NCBI RefSeq assembly: GCF_001194135.2
Contig: NC_068982.1
Coordinates: forward strand, 148,346,225 to 148,401,114
DNA: 54,890 nt
Origin: Octopus bimaculoides
Taxonomy: Eukaryota
Direction of reading: 5' to 3'
Positions within the stretch are counted from its first letter, which is position 1. Every line of letters begins with the position of its first letter. The position numbers and the translations under genes are program-made. The notes below the pieces were generated by a model. That model worked only from the letters and a program-made list of their open reading frames with translations. It was not told where the DNA came from and made no database searches. Below are positions 22,716 to 36,945 of this stretch, piece after piece.

Positions 22716-23689
22716 TGTATGTATGTATTATTCCTGTCTCTTTGTGTTTGTGTTTGTCCCCCCACCACCGCTTGGCGACCGATGTTGGTGTGTTTTCATC
22801 CCCGTAAACTTAGTGAATCGACAAAAAGGAACGATAGAGTAAGTACCACACTTTTAAAACCATGAGTATTGGGGTCAATTCATTCGACTAAATTTTTTGA
22901 TTAAATTCAAGGCGGTGCCCCAGCATGGACATAGTCTGGCAGTCTGGTGGCTGAAGCAAGTAGAAAGAATATATATATCTTGTGGCGAGGTGCGTGTACG
23001 TGTGTGTGCGCGCGCGCGTGTATGCATGCATATTAAATTGGGTGGGGGCGAAGAAGAAATGTAATATCTAGAATCTCGCCTTTATTTTATTTTCTTTTAT
23101 TTATTTTCCTGAAGACACAAATTTGAAGCATTCTTCAGGGCTAACTTCGAGGTAAATAATAACAATTATTACTAGTTGTACTATTAAGAATAATCTCAGG
23201 TACCTTAGTTCCACATAGTTCACCCTTGCATTTAATTTTGCCTACTTAGTAACATTTTGCATCCATGAAAATTCTCGACAGTTTCCTCAAATAATTCAAG
23301 CAATACATCCTTCGGAGAACCACTTAACGATCTCGTTTCCCTTTTTATGCTTTGAACCTCAATTTTCCCTCTCGTTAAAGGTCAGAGGTCACAACCTTTC
23401 ATTCCTTACATCTATAAAGGTATAACAATTTTATTTTTAACGTATATAATCTTGTAAATTTCAATTAACTTAAAAGTAATTTAATACATGTTCGCATTCT
23501 TACCATATTTATCTCCCTTCCTTTCTTATTGTCTCCCTTGACTTATTATTCCCCTTAGATTAAAGGTTCCTCAAATTATCTCCCTTGTATTCTTCATCTT
23601 TTTCTTAACGTTGCATTTATTACATTTTATAAAAATATGCAAAACTGCTCGAAAGAAAAGCACAAACAGAGGAATATTTTCGATAAAAT

Positions 23690-24035
23690 GCATATATATT
23701 TTATTGTGTCAGAGGAGAGTCATTCTGTTTTAATGCCTTATTAATTAACACACACCGGTTCGATTTCCACTCATTTTTTTTTTCTAAAATTTTCGTTGCT
23801 TTTTGTAACCTCTTCAATTGTCGTTGACTCTGTCCGTTATCGGAGCTGCTCCGATAACGGACAGAGTCAACGCAGTTCCGATAATGGACAGAGTCAACCA
23901 CTATTGAAGAAGTTGCAAGAAACAACGAAACTTTTAGAAAAAATAAATAAGTAAATGAGTGGAAATTGAACCGGAGTGTGTTGATTGATAAGGCATTAAA
24001 ACAGAATGACTCTCCCAACACACAATAAAATATGC
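23690..24035. mobile_element. Foldback / palindromic MITE-like element
   Basis: 23696-23817 is the reverse complement of 23903-24033; perfect 25-bp inner hairpin 23822-23872. Confidence 0.7.
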
Positions 24036-24960
24036 TTCAACACACGAATTCTCATAAAGAATCGTGCAAAACAAATACAAACTATTACAGATTAATTCAT
24101 GGTATACGATAAGATTGTGTGTTGTGAGAAGAGGCAAGTTCTACAATTTCAAGTCAGGACATTTCTTTCTCAAAACAGAAATGACAATCTCAAAAAATGT
24201 CTAATACTATAAGCCATCTCTAGTATTCAAAGAATCTTTGTCTTTTTTTTTATGTAATCCAGTGCTATTAGTCCCTTAATTACACATCAATTCCACCATA
24301 ATATTTTTTGCTGTGTTTTAGATACAAAAAATAGCAATTAGTTTCTGAATATGAGCAAATATCATTTTAACAGTTCTAAATAATTTCTTGACATGCTAAA
24401 ATAAGCAGGCAGATCTTGCTCAAATCACACCTTAATATCTTTAAAAAACAACGAAGGATACGGGATAATGTAGTGGTACTTGTACAAAAACAGAATGCTC
24501 ATAACTGAAACGCATTTTCTCTTAGGTTTGCTAGACCAGGCTAAGTTTGTTATGGGGGTTAAACGAAAATAGCAGCAACAATCACTACTTTTGAAAACAA
24601 TGATTGTTTTTCTTTATCAATAATGGCAGATTTTGTCTTAGCATGCAGTTGTCAGTGAATACTTGCTACTAACAAAGTACAAAGAGGCAGAAAGGCACAT
24701 CTAGCAGCACCACGACGAAGGCTATCCGGTTTTCACAGGCGCTTGATATATTTTGATGATTTTAACCCTGTATGTCTATAAGATATACTATCTCAGGACG
24801 AATTTCACAATTTATAAGCCATTCAATGATGTATCTGCTTGAAGTATGATACACAGATTACTATACTATGCTAATAGTACTTCAGCTGCACATAACATAC
24901 ATGCATACATACATACATATATACATACACACATACATACATACATGTTCGTGTGTGTGA

Positions 24961-25400
24961 GGCTTGAAAGAAATGAAGCTAGTATGAATCGTTGGATGTA
25001 CAATGTATGACAAAGTGTAAGCATCTTGAGAGAAAAAGTAGGCATAAGCGGCATCAGATGCAGTGTGCATGAGAGATGACTGTGCTGGTATGGTCATGTG
25101 ATGTGTATGAGCGAGGGCAGCTGTGTGAACAAGTGCCGCACTCAAATGGTGGAGGGAATCTGTGGAAAAGGTAGACCCAGAAAGATATAGGATGAAGTGA
25201 AGCGTGATCTTTGAATATTGCACCTCACAGAGGCGATGACAAGTGACTGAGACCTTTGGAGATATGCTGTGCTTGAGAAAACTCGTCAAACAAATTGAAA
25301 TCGTAAGCATGGCCAATGCCAGTGTCACATAACTGGTACCCATGCTGGTGGCACATAAAGAGCACTCATTACACTCTTGGAGTTTTAGGTATTAGGAAGG
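24961..25400 (+). mobile_element. RTE-clade LINE 3' fragment
   Basis: LERNEASMNRWMYNV...LCWYGHVMCM...GKGRPRKI*DEV...DLWRYAVLEK, the RTE ORF2 C-terminus with stops, then the start of the 3' UTR. Confidence 0.8.
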
Positions 25401-26007
25401 GCATTTATTTCACATAGCTCCAGTTCACTTAGCTGTAGATATAAGTTGTCACGTCACTGGGGCCAAGCTGTATCAGCCTTTGCTTTTCCCTTGGATAACA
25501 TCAGTGGCATGGAGAGGGAAACCTGGTATGCATGGGTGACTGCTGGTCTTCCATAAACAACTTTGCCTAGACTTGTGCCTTGGAGGGTAACTTTCTAGGT
25601 GCAATCCCATGGTCAGTAATGACCAAAGGGGGTCTTTACCCTTTACCCTATTACATCACATGTGTGAGACCCTTACTCTATTCAGTAATGTCAGATAGTG
25701 TTCTACTTTAATAAGTTTCAAACATCTGACTGTACTGCCACTCTTGGCATGGTATATATGCTAGGGTACCGGCCTGATGGGGGAGCGGGATGGGATTAAT
25801 TTAGAAGAGATTTGCTAATTGTGTACAATGTGGTGGGTAGTAAAAGTGGAGGTTTTTATCAATAGAGGTGATGCTCACAGAACCATTATGGTTGAGAAAT
25901 AGGGGAAGAGAGAATTCTGCATATTTGGTGGAAATTTTTTTGGCATGGCACCAGAAAGACAAATTGCAGCATTGTAGGCAGGAAAGCTTATGTATGGATG
26001 AGCAGTG

Positions 26008-26051
<44 letters not shown>

Positions 26052-28390
26052 CATGGATGTGTGATTAAGAAGTTTACTTTGCAACCATACAGTTTCAAGT
26101 TCAGTCTCACTGAGCAACACCTTGAGCAAATGACTGCAACTGTAACCCTGGGCCAACAAAAGTCTCGTGTGCTTTTAATATAAAAGTAATATAAAAGGCC
26201 TGGCAATGACAGTCAGGGCTGATTTAACCCCATGTACAGCAATGTACTGTAGCCCCTATCAACACAGCCACAGGGGCCCCTAGTCTTGTAGGATTGTGGG
26301 TGACTGATTAGTATACTAATGCCTTAATCCTTTAGCATTCAGATTTCTTTCTTAAAAATAATGATTATCTATTCACATTATTTTGAATTAATCATATGTT
26401 ATCTTGTAGCTTCAAGGTTTTGATGAGGTGATTGTTTATTTTCAGAATGACATTGTAGGGTAGGTGTGAGAAGCTGGATCTGGTCATTTTGAACATAAAA
26501 CAGGTAGAATTTTTGGGCTGGATATGACACATTTGAATACTAAAGTGTTAAGATAGCACTGGTGACAGTAGAAATTGAAATAATCTATATCTATAAAAGG
26601 CAGGATGTGTTTGTGTGTGTACGTGAATGTACTTTATGCATGTCCACAAATTAGCACACATGTCACTCCAATTTTAGGAGGACATTGGTCACAACCATGG
26701 CTGTGCTTTTGTCAACTTATTTTTCCCGAGGCACCCCGGATAGCGGTAAAAATAACTTTTCAACCATAACTTTTATCAATTTTCACGACGGTGAAATCCA
26801 TAAGTTTGCTAACATGAGTTAAGTCCCTTGTCTTATAGATTAATTCACCCTAATACAATGCCTCTAAAAAAAAATTAGATTTGGACTACCTAAGCAATCT
26901 CAGCATAGGAAAAGTGAAAGAGCTGAAGAGACTGACTATCAGCAGACCCATTAGTAAAATATTATAACTTATGGGGCTGAAACCTGGCAATAATATCGAA
27001 GCAGTAACTTTCATAAATCAGGGTATAATTTTTGAAGACTTTTTCTGAACCCAGTCAGCGACAGGTATTTCTGCCAGTTCATATTAAGATGTCCTCCAGT
27101 AGCTAGAGGGCTGTATTTCCTTATTACACTAATGAGCTAGTAAAATCATTAGAATGCTGGAAAAAATATCTTGTGGGAATTTGTTTCAGCTCTTTACATT
27201 CTGAGTTCATATTGTGCCAAGTCCAATTTCACCTTTTATCCCTTTGTGGGGTCAATAAAATAAGTAACAGTCAAGTACTAGTATCAGTATAATCGACTAC
27301 ATCCTTCTCCCTAATATTGCTGGTTTTGTGTTAAAATTTGAAACATTGTTAATGTGGCAGGCAGACATTTCATCTGGCTCTTTACATTCTGTGTTCAAAT
27401 CTCATCAACTTCAACTTCGCCTTCCATCCTTTTGAGCTTGGTAAAATAACATAGCAGTGAAGTGGCCCTAAAAACGCTGACCTTCTGTTAAAGTTTGAAA
27501 CATATATTATCATTATCATTGTGGTTACTATTATATCATCAGCTTTGTTCTTGATGCTATTTGAACCTGAGACATACTAGACCTATGATTAAAGACATTT
27601 CAGTCATAGTCATCTTTTATTTTATTTAGATAAAGTATATATCGGACTATTTTATTAGAATTGCTCTACTTTCCTTTTTTACCATGGTAAGGTGTGATGC
27701 TTTAAAGATTTGGTTGATATTTCTAGCAGGCTTAGCAACCACATAGCAGCAACCTGTGATCTGTTTTGTCTTTGGCAATGGATTGTACTGTACTTTCAAA
27801 ACTGTTCTAAATTTGGCCTCCAGCCAGGAATTATGACATTGAGATTTTGGCCTCTAGTAGAAAGAAATTTATTATGCACATTACTTTTATATTGCTTTTA
27901 TATGAAAAGCTTAGCCACATTCTACAGTACATACACACACACACGCACACACACACACGCACACACACACACACACATACACACACACACTCACACACAC
28001 ACACACACAGACACACACACACACACACAAACACAGTTTAACACACTCATGCATGCATGCACACACTCTCTCTCTCTCTTTCTCTCACACACACACACAC
28101 ATACATATAATAGCAAATATATATATGTAGCATATATGTGTTGGTGTGTGTTTACAAAGAAAGAGAGAGGGAAAACAGAGTGATAAAGAATATGAATTCA
28201 ACATCATTACAAAAAAACATAAAAAACAAGGAAATTATGAATGCATTTATGTGTGTGTGTGTGTGTGTGTGTACATGAGTGTTGAGGGCAATATTCCCAA
28301 ATGGCCTTAGGCATGTTTGATAGCTAGCTAAGACACACAGATACACATATATACATGCACGTGTACATTATTTTCTTTCTCTATGGATGA

Positions 28391-28422
<32 letters not shown>

Positions 28423-28735
28423 ACATAAACACACACATGCGCACGCACATATTTCATACATGCATATATATATGTACATATGCTGTATATGTATATGCAC
28501 AAGGGCTAAAACCTACACTCACTAACAACATGCTGTATTAAAACTGAGTGAAACAGGGTTATTTAACGAGGTACCCCTTGTAAAATCAAATGATGACACT
28601 CTTAAGCACCCAAGGGGTGCTCCACAACCAGTCATACAGTATCCTACCCATTAGGGATCAGCACAAGATGAATCAAAATGATCATTGTGTGCAACAAAGT
28701 TTCTCACATATTCAATTTTCTGTCTCTATCATTTG

Positions 28736-28803
<68 letters not shown>

Positions 28804-29580
28804 GAATACCAGAAATGAGACAAGAATGCAAGACATTCAGACAGTTAGATGATACAAAAAAGGGACAACAAAACATCCAGACAGATGATACAAAGAAAAC
28901 AAGGACGGGTCATTCGGAGTTTTCTACATGCACCATCTGGACATGGCTGATGCCAGTACCCACTGACTGGCTCCCATGCCGGTGGCATGTAAAAAGCACT
29001 ATCCAAACGTGATCGATGCCAGGGCCACCTGACTGGCTCCTGTACCAGTGGCACGTAAAAAGCACCCACTACACTCTCAGAGTGGTTAGTGTTAGAAAGG
29101 GCATCCAAGTGTAGAAACATTGCCAGATCAGATTGGAGCCTGGTGCAGCCGCTGACTTTCCAGACCTCAGTCAAACTGTCCAGTCCATGTCAGCATGGAA
29201 AACGGAAGTTAAACGATGATGATGATGACAATGATATACATATACATATACATACATGGTCCAATTTGTGTGAAACTTGTTTTATTCCATTCGTATTCTC
29301 ATTTCAGGGGCACTTTACTTTCAAAGTATCTTCCCATTACATGCCAGTTGGGCTGTGTAACATTGCAAGCAAGATTGAACTTCACTTTTAATCATCATCA
29401 TCATCATTTAACGTCTGTTGTATATGCTGGTCTGGGCTGGACAGTTTGATTGGGCTAGCACACTGGAAAGCTGCACCAAGTGCCAGTCTGATTTGGCACG
29501 GTTTTCTATGGCTGGATGTACTCTTAGATGGCTTACACACACACACGTATGTATATATGTATATATGTTATATATATATA

Positions 29581-29613
<33 letters not shown>

Positions 29614-31009
29614 NNNNNNNNNNNNNNNNNNNNNNNNNNNNNNNNNNNNNNNNNNNNNNNNNNNNNNNNNNNNNNNNNNNNNNNNNNNNNNNNNNNNNNN
29701 NNNNNNNNNNNNNNNNNNNNNNNNNNNNNNNNNNNNNNNNNNNNNNNNNNNNNNNNNNNNNNNNNNNNNNNNNNNNNNNNNNNNNNNNNNNNNNNNNNNN
29801 NNNNNNNNNNNNNNNNNNNNNNNNNNNNNNNNNNNNNNNNNNNNNNNNNNNNNNNNNNNNNNNNNNNNNNNNNNNNNNNNNNNNNNNNNNNNNNNNNNNN
29901 NNNNNNNNNNNNNNNNNNNNNNNNNNNNNNNNNNNNNNNNNNNNNNNNNNNNNNNNNNNNNNNNNNNNNNNNNNNNNNNNNNNNNNNNNNNNNNNNNNNN
30001 NNNNNNNNNNNNNNNNNNNNNNNNNNNNNNNNNNNNNNNNNNNNNNNNNNNNNNNNNNNNNNNNNNNNNNNNNNNNNNNNNNNNNNNNNNNNNNNNNNNN
30101 NNNNNNNNNNNNNNNNNNNNNNNNNNNNNNNNNNNNNNNNNNNNNNNNNNNNNNNNNNNNNNNNNNNNNNNNNNNNNNNNNNNNNNNNNNNNNNNNNNNN
30201 NNNNNNNNNNNNNNNNNNNNNNNNNATATATATATATATATATATATACATACATACATATATATGTATGTGTTTATATATGTGTGTGTATTTATATATA
30301 TATATATATACACATGTGTGTGTATATGTATCAAACATATATATGTGTGTGTGTTGTGTGTGTTGTGTGTGTGTATTTATGTATACACACACACACATAG
30401 ACATATATGTGTGAATATATATACACACACACACACATATATACATACATACATATCAACATACATACACATTAATTGTTTTCTAATACATGGAGGGATA
30501 GATATGAAGAGAAAACATGTAAGAGAGAGTAGGAGAAAGGAGTAAAAGAAAGACAATTTAAGAGTAGGAAATTTTCTCCTTTGCTTATCTTATTATTATT
30601 ATTATTAGTTGTAGTATGTAACCCATGATAACAGTATCTACATTATGCTGACAGACATGTAACTTACACCAAAACGATCTACCACCTGCCAAATTCTACA
30701 TATTCAGGTCTGCTGTTTCTAACGTGTGCCAACTCTATCTAACCTTTGCCAATAATTCACCAATGCCAGCTTCATCTTTGTCAGATCAGTGCAGTCTGTT
30801 CTTCCCTAAATCCACGTCAGAGCACTGTTGGACCAAAAACCAATCTTAAAAATCTATGCCAATATTACTTCCTTTCTAGAAATGTCTTCAGATTAATCAA
30901 AAAATTGGTCAAATAGATTAGATATTGGACTGTTTATTCATAGGTTCTGAGTTCATATTGGGTTCAAGCGTTTTGCTATGTTTCTCAGCAGAAACAATTT
31001 ATTCCACAT

Positions 31010-31545
31010 TAGGCATTAGAGGAATTATATGCAGTGTATGAGAGAGAAGGCTTCACTGGTTTGGTCATGTGATGTGCACGGATGAGGACAGTGGCATGAA
31101 GAAATGCTGATCACTCAAACTGGAGGCAAGTTGTGGAAAAGGGGAACCCAGGGAGACATAGGACAAAGTTTCGAAGGCAGATCTCAAAATATTGAGCATT
31201 ATGAAGATGACAGAGGACTGAGATATGTAGTGCATTGCTGTACTCAAGAAGCCATGCCCACCACAAAAGAATTGATGTCCTAAGACTAAAGTACCATGTA
31301 AAAAGCATTGGTGTTGGTGCTAGTGTCACATAATAAGCACCGGTGATGATGCTACGTAAAAAGCACCCAGTACACTCTGTAAAGTGGTTGGCATTAGGAA
31401 GTGCATCCAGCAGTAGAAACCCAACCAAAATAGACTATGGAACCTGGTGTGGCCTCTGGTCTTGCCAGTTCCTGTCAAGCTGTCCAACCCATGCCAGTAT
31501 GGAAAACAGACATTAACTGACGATGAGGACGGTGATGGTGGTGGT
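31010..31545 (+). mobile_element. RTE-clade LINE 3' end with full 3' UTR
   Basis: RRLHWFGHVMC motif; UTR ending catgccagtatggaaaacagacattaa plus (GAT/GGT)n tail. Confidence 0.75.
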
Positions 31546-32559
31546 GGTGGTGGTGGAGATGTGTCATACTTTCAAGATACAGTGGGTAGGGATGAGTATA
31601 AGTTAAGTGCTACGGAGGATTGGACAAGGTGAGTGAGCAGGAGGGGGAGACAAGAAGGGAAGTTTCATACGAGTATGAGGAGAGATGGTTAAAGATGGGG
31701 TAAAGGTGACTGTACCAAGTGATGGTGAGAGACACAGCAGTGGCTCGGTGGGCTTCTATGGTAGATGTTTCAGGTCATTGAGAGTGGTAGCAGATAAGAG
31801 AGGTGTTAAGGAAGGAATTTAGCAGAGTGGAGAGAGAGTAAAAACTGAAGGCACAGAAAGGAGGTGATTGGTGGAAATAGGGGTGGGGGCAGAGAAGATA
31901 ATGAAAAATGGAAGTGGTTCCAGTAGGAAAAAGGAGGTAACCAAAAGGGAAGGGATGTAGTAAGTGTGTATTCTGCTCTCGGCTGACTACAGCAGCTGAA
32001 TAGTACCATAGTCAGAGAAGTGATGAGGTTTAAGGAATGAGATGCTGTGGGATGGGGATAATTGACAGGGCAGAAAGAGTGGAGGTAAAGTAGGACCCCA
32101 CATGTACAAGCACACACACACAAACACATACACACACACACACACTCACACACACACACACACACATACATGTAAATGTAAGATCCAAGGATCAAGTTGT
32201 AGAACGTCAGTGGGACTTCAAACAATCTGTAGAAGGTATAAAAAAAAAACAACTTTCAGGAACAATAGTGGTTTATTGGCTCAAAAGGTTGTGAATTTTT
32301 CGTGTATCGGAATATGATAAACTGAAAAAAAGCTAACGTTATAGCTCATGGTTAGCAACAGTGGTTGTTGTGTATGTGAATAAACATTCAAAAATTAGGA
32401 AATGAAGCAGATAAAATCCAGGTTACATATGTTTCATAGCTAGCAGAACCTTGGAAGTAGTAATTTATCCAAACATGGAATAGACTGCAAGCTACTCTTC
32501 AGGCCAAAGATACCTTGATTATATGAAGTTTACATTGTCATTGGAATATAATATATATG

Positions 32560-32597
<38 letters not shown>

Positions 32598-32671
32598 TAA
32601 AAGATAATAAGAGTGAAAAAACTACAGAAGGCTTGTNNNNNNNNNNNNNNNNNNNNNNNNNNNNNNNNNNN

Positions 32672-32779
32672 CTGCATCTCATCTAAATTGATTCGCTCCC
32701 TAATTAGTTGGGCTATGACCCTCTCTGTAACTTTCATAACCTGATCTAACAGCTTGATGCCTCTGTAATTATTTGTATG
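32672..32779 (-). mobile_element. RTE reverse-transcriptase fragment
   Basis: NNYRGIKLLDQVMKVTERVIAQLIRERINLDEMQ, the non-LTR RT N-terminal motif preceding QFGF; runs into an N gap. Confidence 0.8.
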
Positions 32780-32902
32780 ACATAATTTAAATATATACTT
32801 TAAATATATACTTTAACCATGTAACACAAGCCTTCTGTAGTTTTTTCACTCTTATTATCTTTTATACATCCAACCACGTACTTTCACATACCAACTTTCT
32901 CA

Positions 32903-32936
<34 letters not shown>

Positions 32937-33928
32937 ACAAGCTTCTTTCACTTTCCATTTACCAAATCCACTCATCCACTCACAAAGCTTTAGTTAGCCT
33001 GAGACGTCATTGCAGTAGGACTGAACCTGGAGTCATATGGTTGAGAAGCAAACTTCTTGCCATACAACCACACCTGCAACTTACTGTTTGAAGGAAAAAG
33101 AAATTGTTATCACAGTCGAAATACCTTTGATCACATGTCTACTCAACAAAGATTGACTGGGGCTAAACAACAACTGTATAATACTGTAGAATTACTGCGT
33201 AATATGCTGTACAATGTAACATTGTAGCATTAGTGTGTGCATTATTGTTGCATTATACCACAAGTGTGTAACACTGTAGTCTCAACTCTATTACAACCAC
33301 ATAAATAGAATTTTGTTATCAAACCTGTATAAGTTATTCTATTACTCTGCAAATTATTTCTATTATTCAACCATGCTACATCAGGGTGCTATAGATTCTG
33401 TCTATGAGTGCCATGAGATTGTTAGATTCACAAAATCAACTAACCAATATTAAATTGGTGGCTTGAAACATTGATAAAAGGAAAATAATTTTCTAAAAGC
33501 TCTCAAAGAAAATTAACTAGATGTGGCTACTTATTGAAATATTAGATGTGAGTGGTTGGTTCTTGCTACTCATTGAGTGATTGAAGCTGCTAGTTTAATT
33601 TGTATTAGTATTGTCTAAACCAGAGCTGAATACAGTGATGGGTGGCCATTTACATGAAATCTACATGAAATTACTGTGCACCCTAAGAAGAATTTGGGAA
33701 TAATGCCAGCTAAGCAATACCATAACATACCATCTGAATTATACTACTTAAATGATATTATCTATACTATAGCATTATTTTCTAAAGCAAACCATATGAA
33801 CTTTGTCATTATTGTCTAAACCAAACCAGTGTTTCTTAACCTGGACAGTGACATGTCTTTCAAAAGACATTGTGAAGTTGCAAGGATGGGGAAAATGGCA
33901 AGGAGCACTACGGGAAATGGGGTGTTGG

Positions 33929-34348
33929 CAGCGCTAGATTAACCGTTGAGCAAAATGAGCACTTGCTCAAGGCATCAAAAAAAGGAGGGCATCACAGGAA
34001 TGGTAAATGATTCACAGTACTAAAGAAATCACTTTAAACTTGCTAAAATAATATTTGAAGTGGTTTATATGATTGGAAGTATAATTTTAAAGCATCCATG
34101 GTCTCATGGTGAGGATCTGATCAAAGACTTTGCAATTAACAAAATAGGAGAAAACTTTTCAAATATAAATAAAGTGGAAGTATACAAAAATAAGCATAAT
34201 TTTCCATCTTACTGTTAGCTTTCTTTCATTTAAAAAAATAAAGATGTATTTTATGACTTATTATTGTTTACATTTTGAATTACATGTATATGGAAGCACC
34301 AAAATTTCTTAAGTGCTTAGGGCCCGTATGGGTGTTAATCTGGCCCTG
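33929..34348. mobile_element. hAT-type MITE (420 bp)
   Basis: TIRs cagcgctagattaac / gttaatctggccctg; 8-bp TSD ggtgttgg / ggtgttag. Confidence 0.8.
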
Positions 34349-36627
34349 GGTGTTAGATCTTTAGAGGGGTTGTGATAATTTTCTTAGAAATCTAATATTT
34401 AAATCAGGAACACATGTAAAAATTACCATTCAAGTGTGGTCGATGTCAGGTTCACCTGACTGGCTCCTGTGCCGGTGGCATGTAAAAAAGCACCATCTCA
34501 ATGTGTTTTCTGTACAACATATGATATTTGTTAAATTATATTTTTGAGTGATGTGACTCAATTTATGAAGGGTAGTATCTCATAAGCCTGCTGCCAAAAT
34601 AAGATTTCCTATATTTGATTTAAGCAACAATGTCACCAGAACATCACATCAGATGTCATATGAAATAATTAATTATTCATAAGAAAATATTTCTAGCTTA
34701 GGTCTAAGACAATTTTGGCTCAAACAAAGGATCTTTATTTCGATGTAGTTAGAAATACATTTTATATCAGTCATACTAAGTCATTTTATATTGGTTAATA
34801 TCCATTATAAATTGTCTGATGATACAGTTTTAGCAATTCATGAATAAGAAAAATTATGTAACACCTTACATCATCATCATCATCATCCTTTAACATCTGT
34901 TTTTCATGCTGGTAAGGGTTGGATGGTTTGGCCAAAGCTAGCAGGCTGGAGAACTGTACCAAGTTCCAGTCTGATTTGGCTTGGTTGCCACTCCTAATGC
35001 CATATAAATTAAATAATTCTATATGATAAAGATTTTCACTAATACAATTTGGATATTATAATACCTAAAGTGAACATGTTGGGTTCGTCAACTTGGTTTT
35101 AACTTAAAAGCAAGGTTTAAAATACATTGTTATACAGAATTAAGTAAATTGTCTCAGGTTGACTAAAAGCTTGTAAATGTAAGTGGGTAAACAGAAACTA
35201 TGTGGAGGCCTTTTGTAGGAGTTCTTTTATAGTATACTTAATTTGTTATCCAGCCTAACACCACCACCTTGCCATTAATTGCTGTTGGGTACCTTTAACA
35301 GACTCCACTCTGGTGCAGACATTCAGGTTAAGTATCTGGCCTGAAGGTAACTTACCACTAGTCGTTGATGACTGTGAAACATGTTATGAATACTGCTCTG
35401 CCTCAATAGATTAAATCATAAAATAAAAGCTGATGAGATCCAACGTGGTTCAAATTACAATCCTTAGAATAGATAGACTTACATAAGAAATTCATACTTT
35501 ATTCTCAAGAAATGTTATATCTGAAATCTGCTGTGGTAATAAAAAATTAGCTTGTAGCTATTTCAGTTCACTTGTGTTCCTAAGGATTTTGAAAACAACA
35601 TAAACATCACAACTTCTATTTCCTCCAATTCTAAAATTTATGGACTTTAACACTACTGGAGAAGTCTGTCAAAAACCTATTTTTAAAAATAAATATATAT
35701 ATTTTGATTTATGAAAATACATTTAGGAAAATAAAGCATTCAGAATTTCCTTCCAAAATTAAATTACGTACAGGCCATTATTTACCATTGCCTCTGTCCA
35801 TTAGTTTATTAGTGTTAAGGAACAATTGTTTACTTGTGTCAGTATGCAGTTGTTTACCTCAATTAATACCCAATCAGTATGTCTAGATATGAACAATCTC
35901 AGCTAGCACAACGCGAGGATTCCTTTGTTTCAGGCAAATTACTTTACTGAACATTATTATGACCAGATATTGTTTGCTTGTCACATTTGATTAGCAGCAA
36001 TATTTGTTTTGATTCTTTCTTTTAACATTTTTCGAAAAAATCTTGAACCATTCTGCTTCACTCCACCTCCTCTTCCTTCTACTCTCCATTTTCTTTTCAC
36101 TCTTCAATATAGTTGAAGTTGCATTATTTTTTTCTTTATTAGTCTGTTTTGGCATCATTGTAATTTGCTTTCCTTAAAAGCTTCTCTTTTTTGTTTCCTC
36201 TTCCTTCCTCCACCTTCATCCACTACCATCTTTTGTCCACTACATCCCCTTCCTTTCAAAGCCATGTTTGCCAAACAACAGAAACTGAAATAATGCCACT
36301 ACTACTAACAATGAAAATAACGCAAACATTGCATGGATTTCTATATGAAACAACAACAACAACAACAAAAAAAAAGAATAAACATACTCTCACACTATCT
36401 TATTTAAAATTGACATTAGTAAATCGTTCAGATTATACTAACCCATAAAAAACATATTTGAAGCATCCTTACAATGTAACATAACACAACTGACATTACA
36501 ACAAAATTTCTTTGATAGGTCTTCACAAGGATCATGTGACCTGTTGCTTTCTTGATTCAATGTTTAGATGTAGATATATCAAATTCATCATCACAATGGT
36601 TCTCTTATATTATACTATCACAATTAT

Positions 36628-36945
36628 GGTGCATGGCTTAGTAGTTAGGTTATTCAGCTCACAATTGTAAAGTCATGAGTTCAATAGCCAGCAGCAGGTT
36701 TTGTCTTAACCAAGATACTTTATTTCATTTTGCTTCAGTCGACTCAGCTGGCAAAAATTGGGTTGTATATGCAAATTTAAAGGGTCAGCCTTGTCACATT
36801 CTGTGCCACACTGCCTGAGAACTACATAAAGAGTGTGTGCATTTATGGATAGCTCAGCCACTTGCATGTTAATTTCATAAGCAAGTTGTTCTATTGATCA
36901 GACCAACTGGAACACTTGTCATTATAATCAACAAAGTGCCATTTT
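36628..36945 (+). mobile_element. tRNA-derived SINE, family A, diverged
   Basis: 36770-36915 matches the reverse complement of 50-200; degenerate tRNA head at 36628-36690. Confidence 0.7.

Noticed and set aside
22995-23025. (GT)n(GC)n Z-DNA-prone tract
   Set aside because: Common microsatellite variant with no supporting context.
29408-30545. Long ORFs in several frames (also 38855-39997, 5563-6366, 17780-18501, 20130-20842)
   Set aside because: Produced by N gaps and dinucleotide repeats lacking stops.
31560-32100. Purine-rich tract, possible decayed retroelement ORF on the minus strand
   Set aside because: Translations too degenerate to assign by eye.
33828-33845. hAT-like TIR cagtgtttcttaacct suggesting an outer element
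   Set aside because: No matching right TIR or TSD found.
35340-35530. Possible small minus-strand exons (tttcag...gtaagt)
   Set aside because: Stops in all frames, no recognisable protein and no partner exons.
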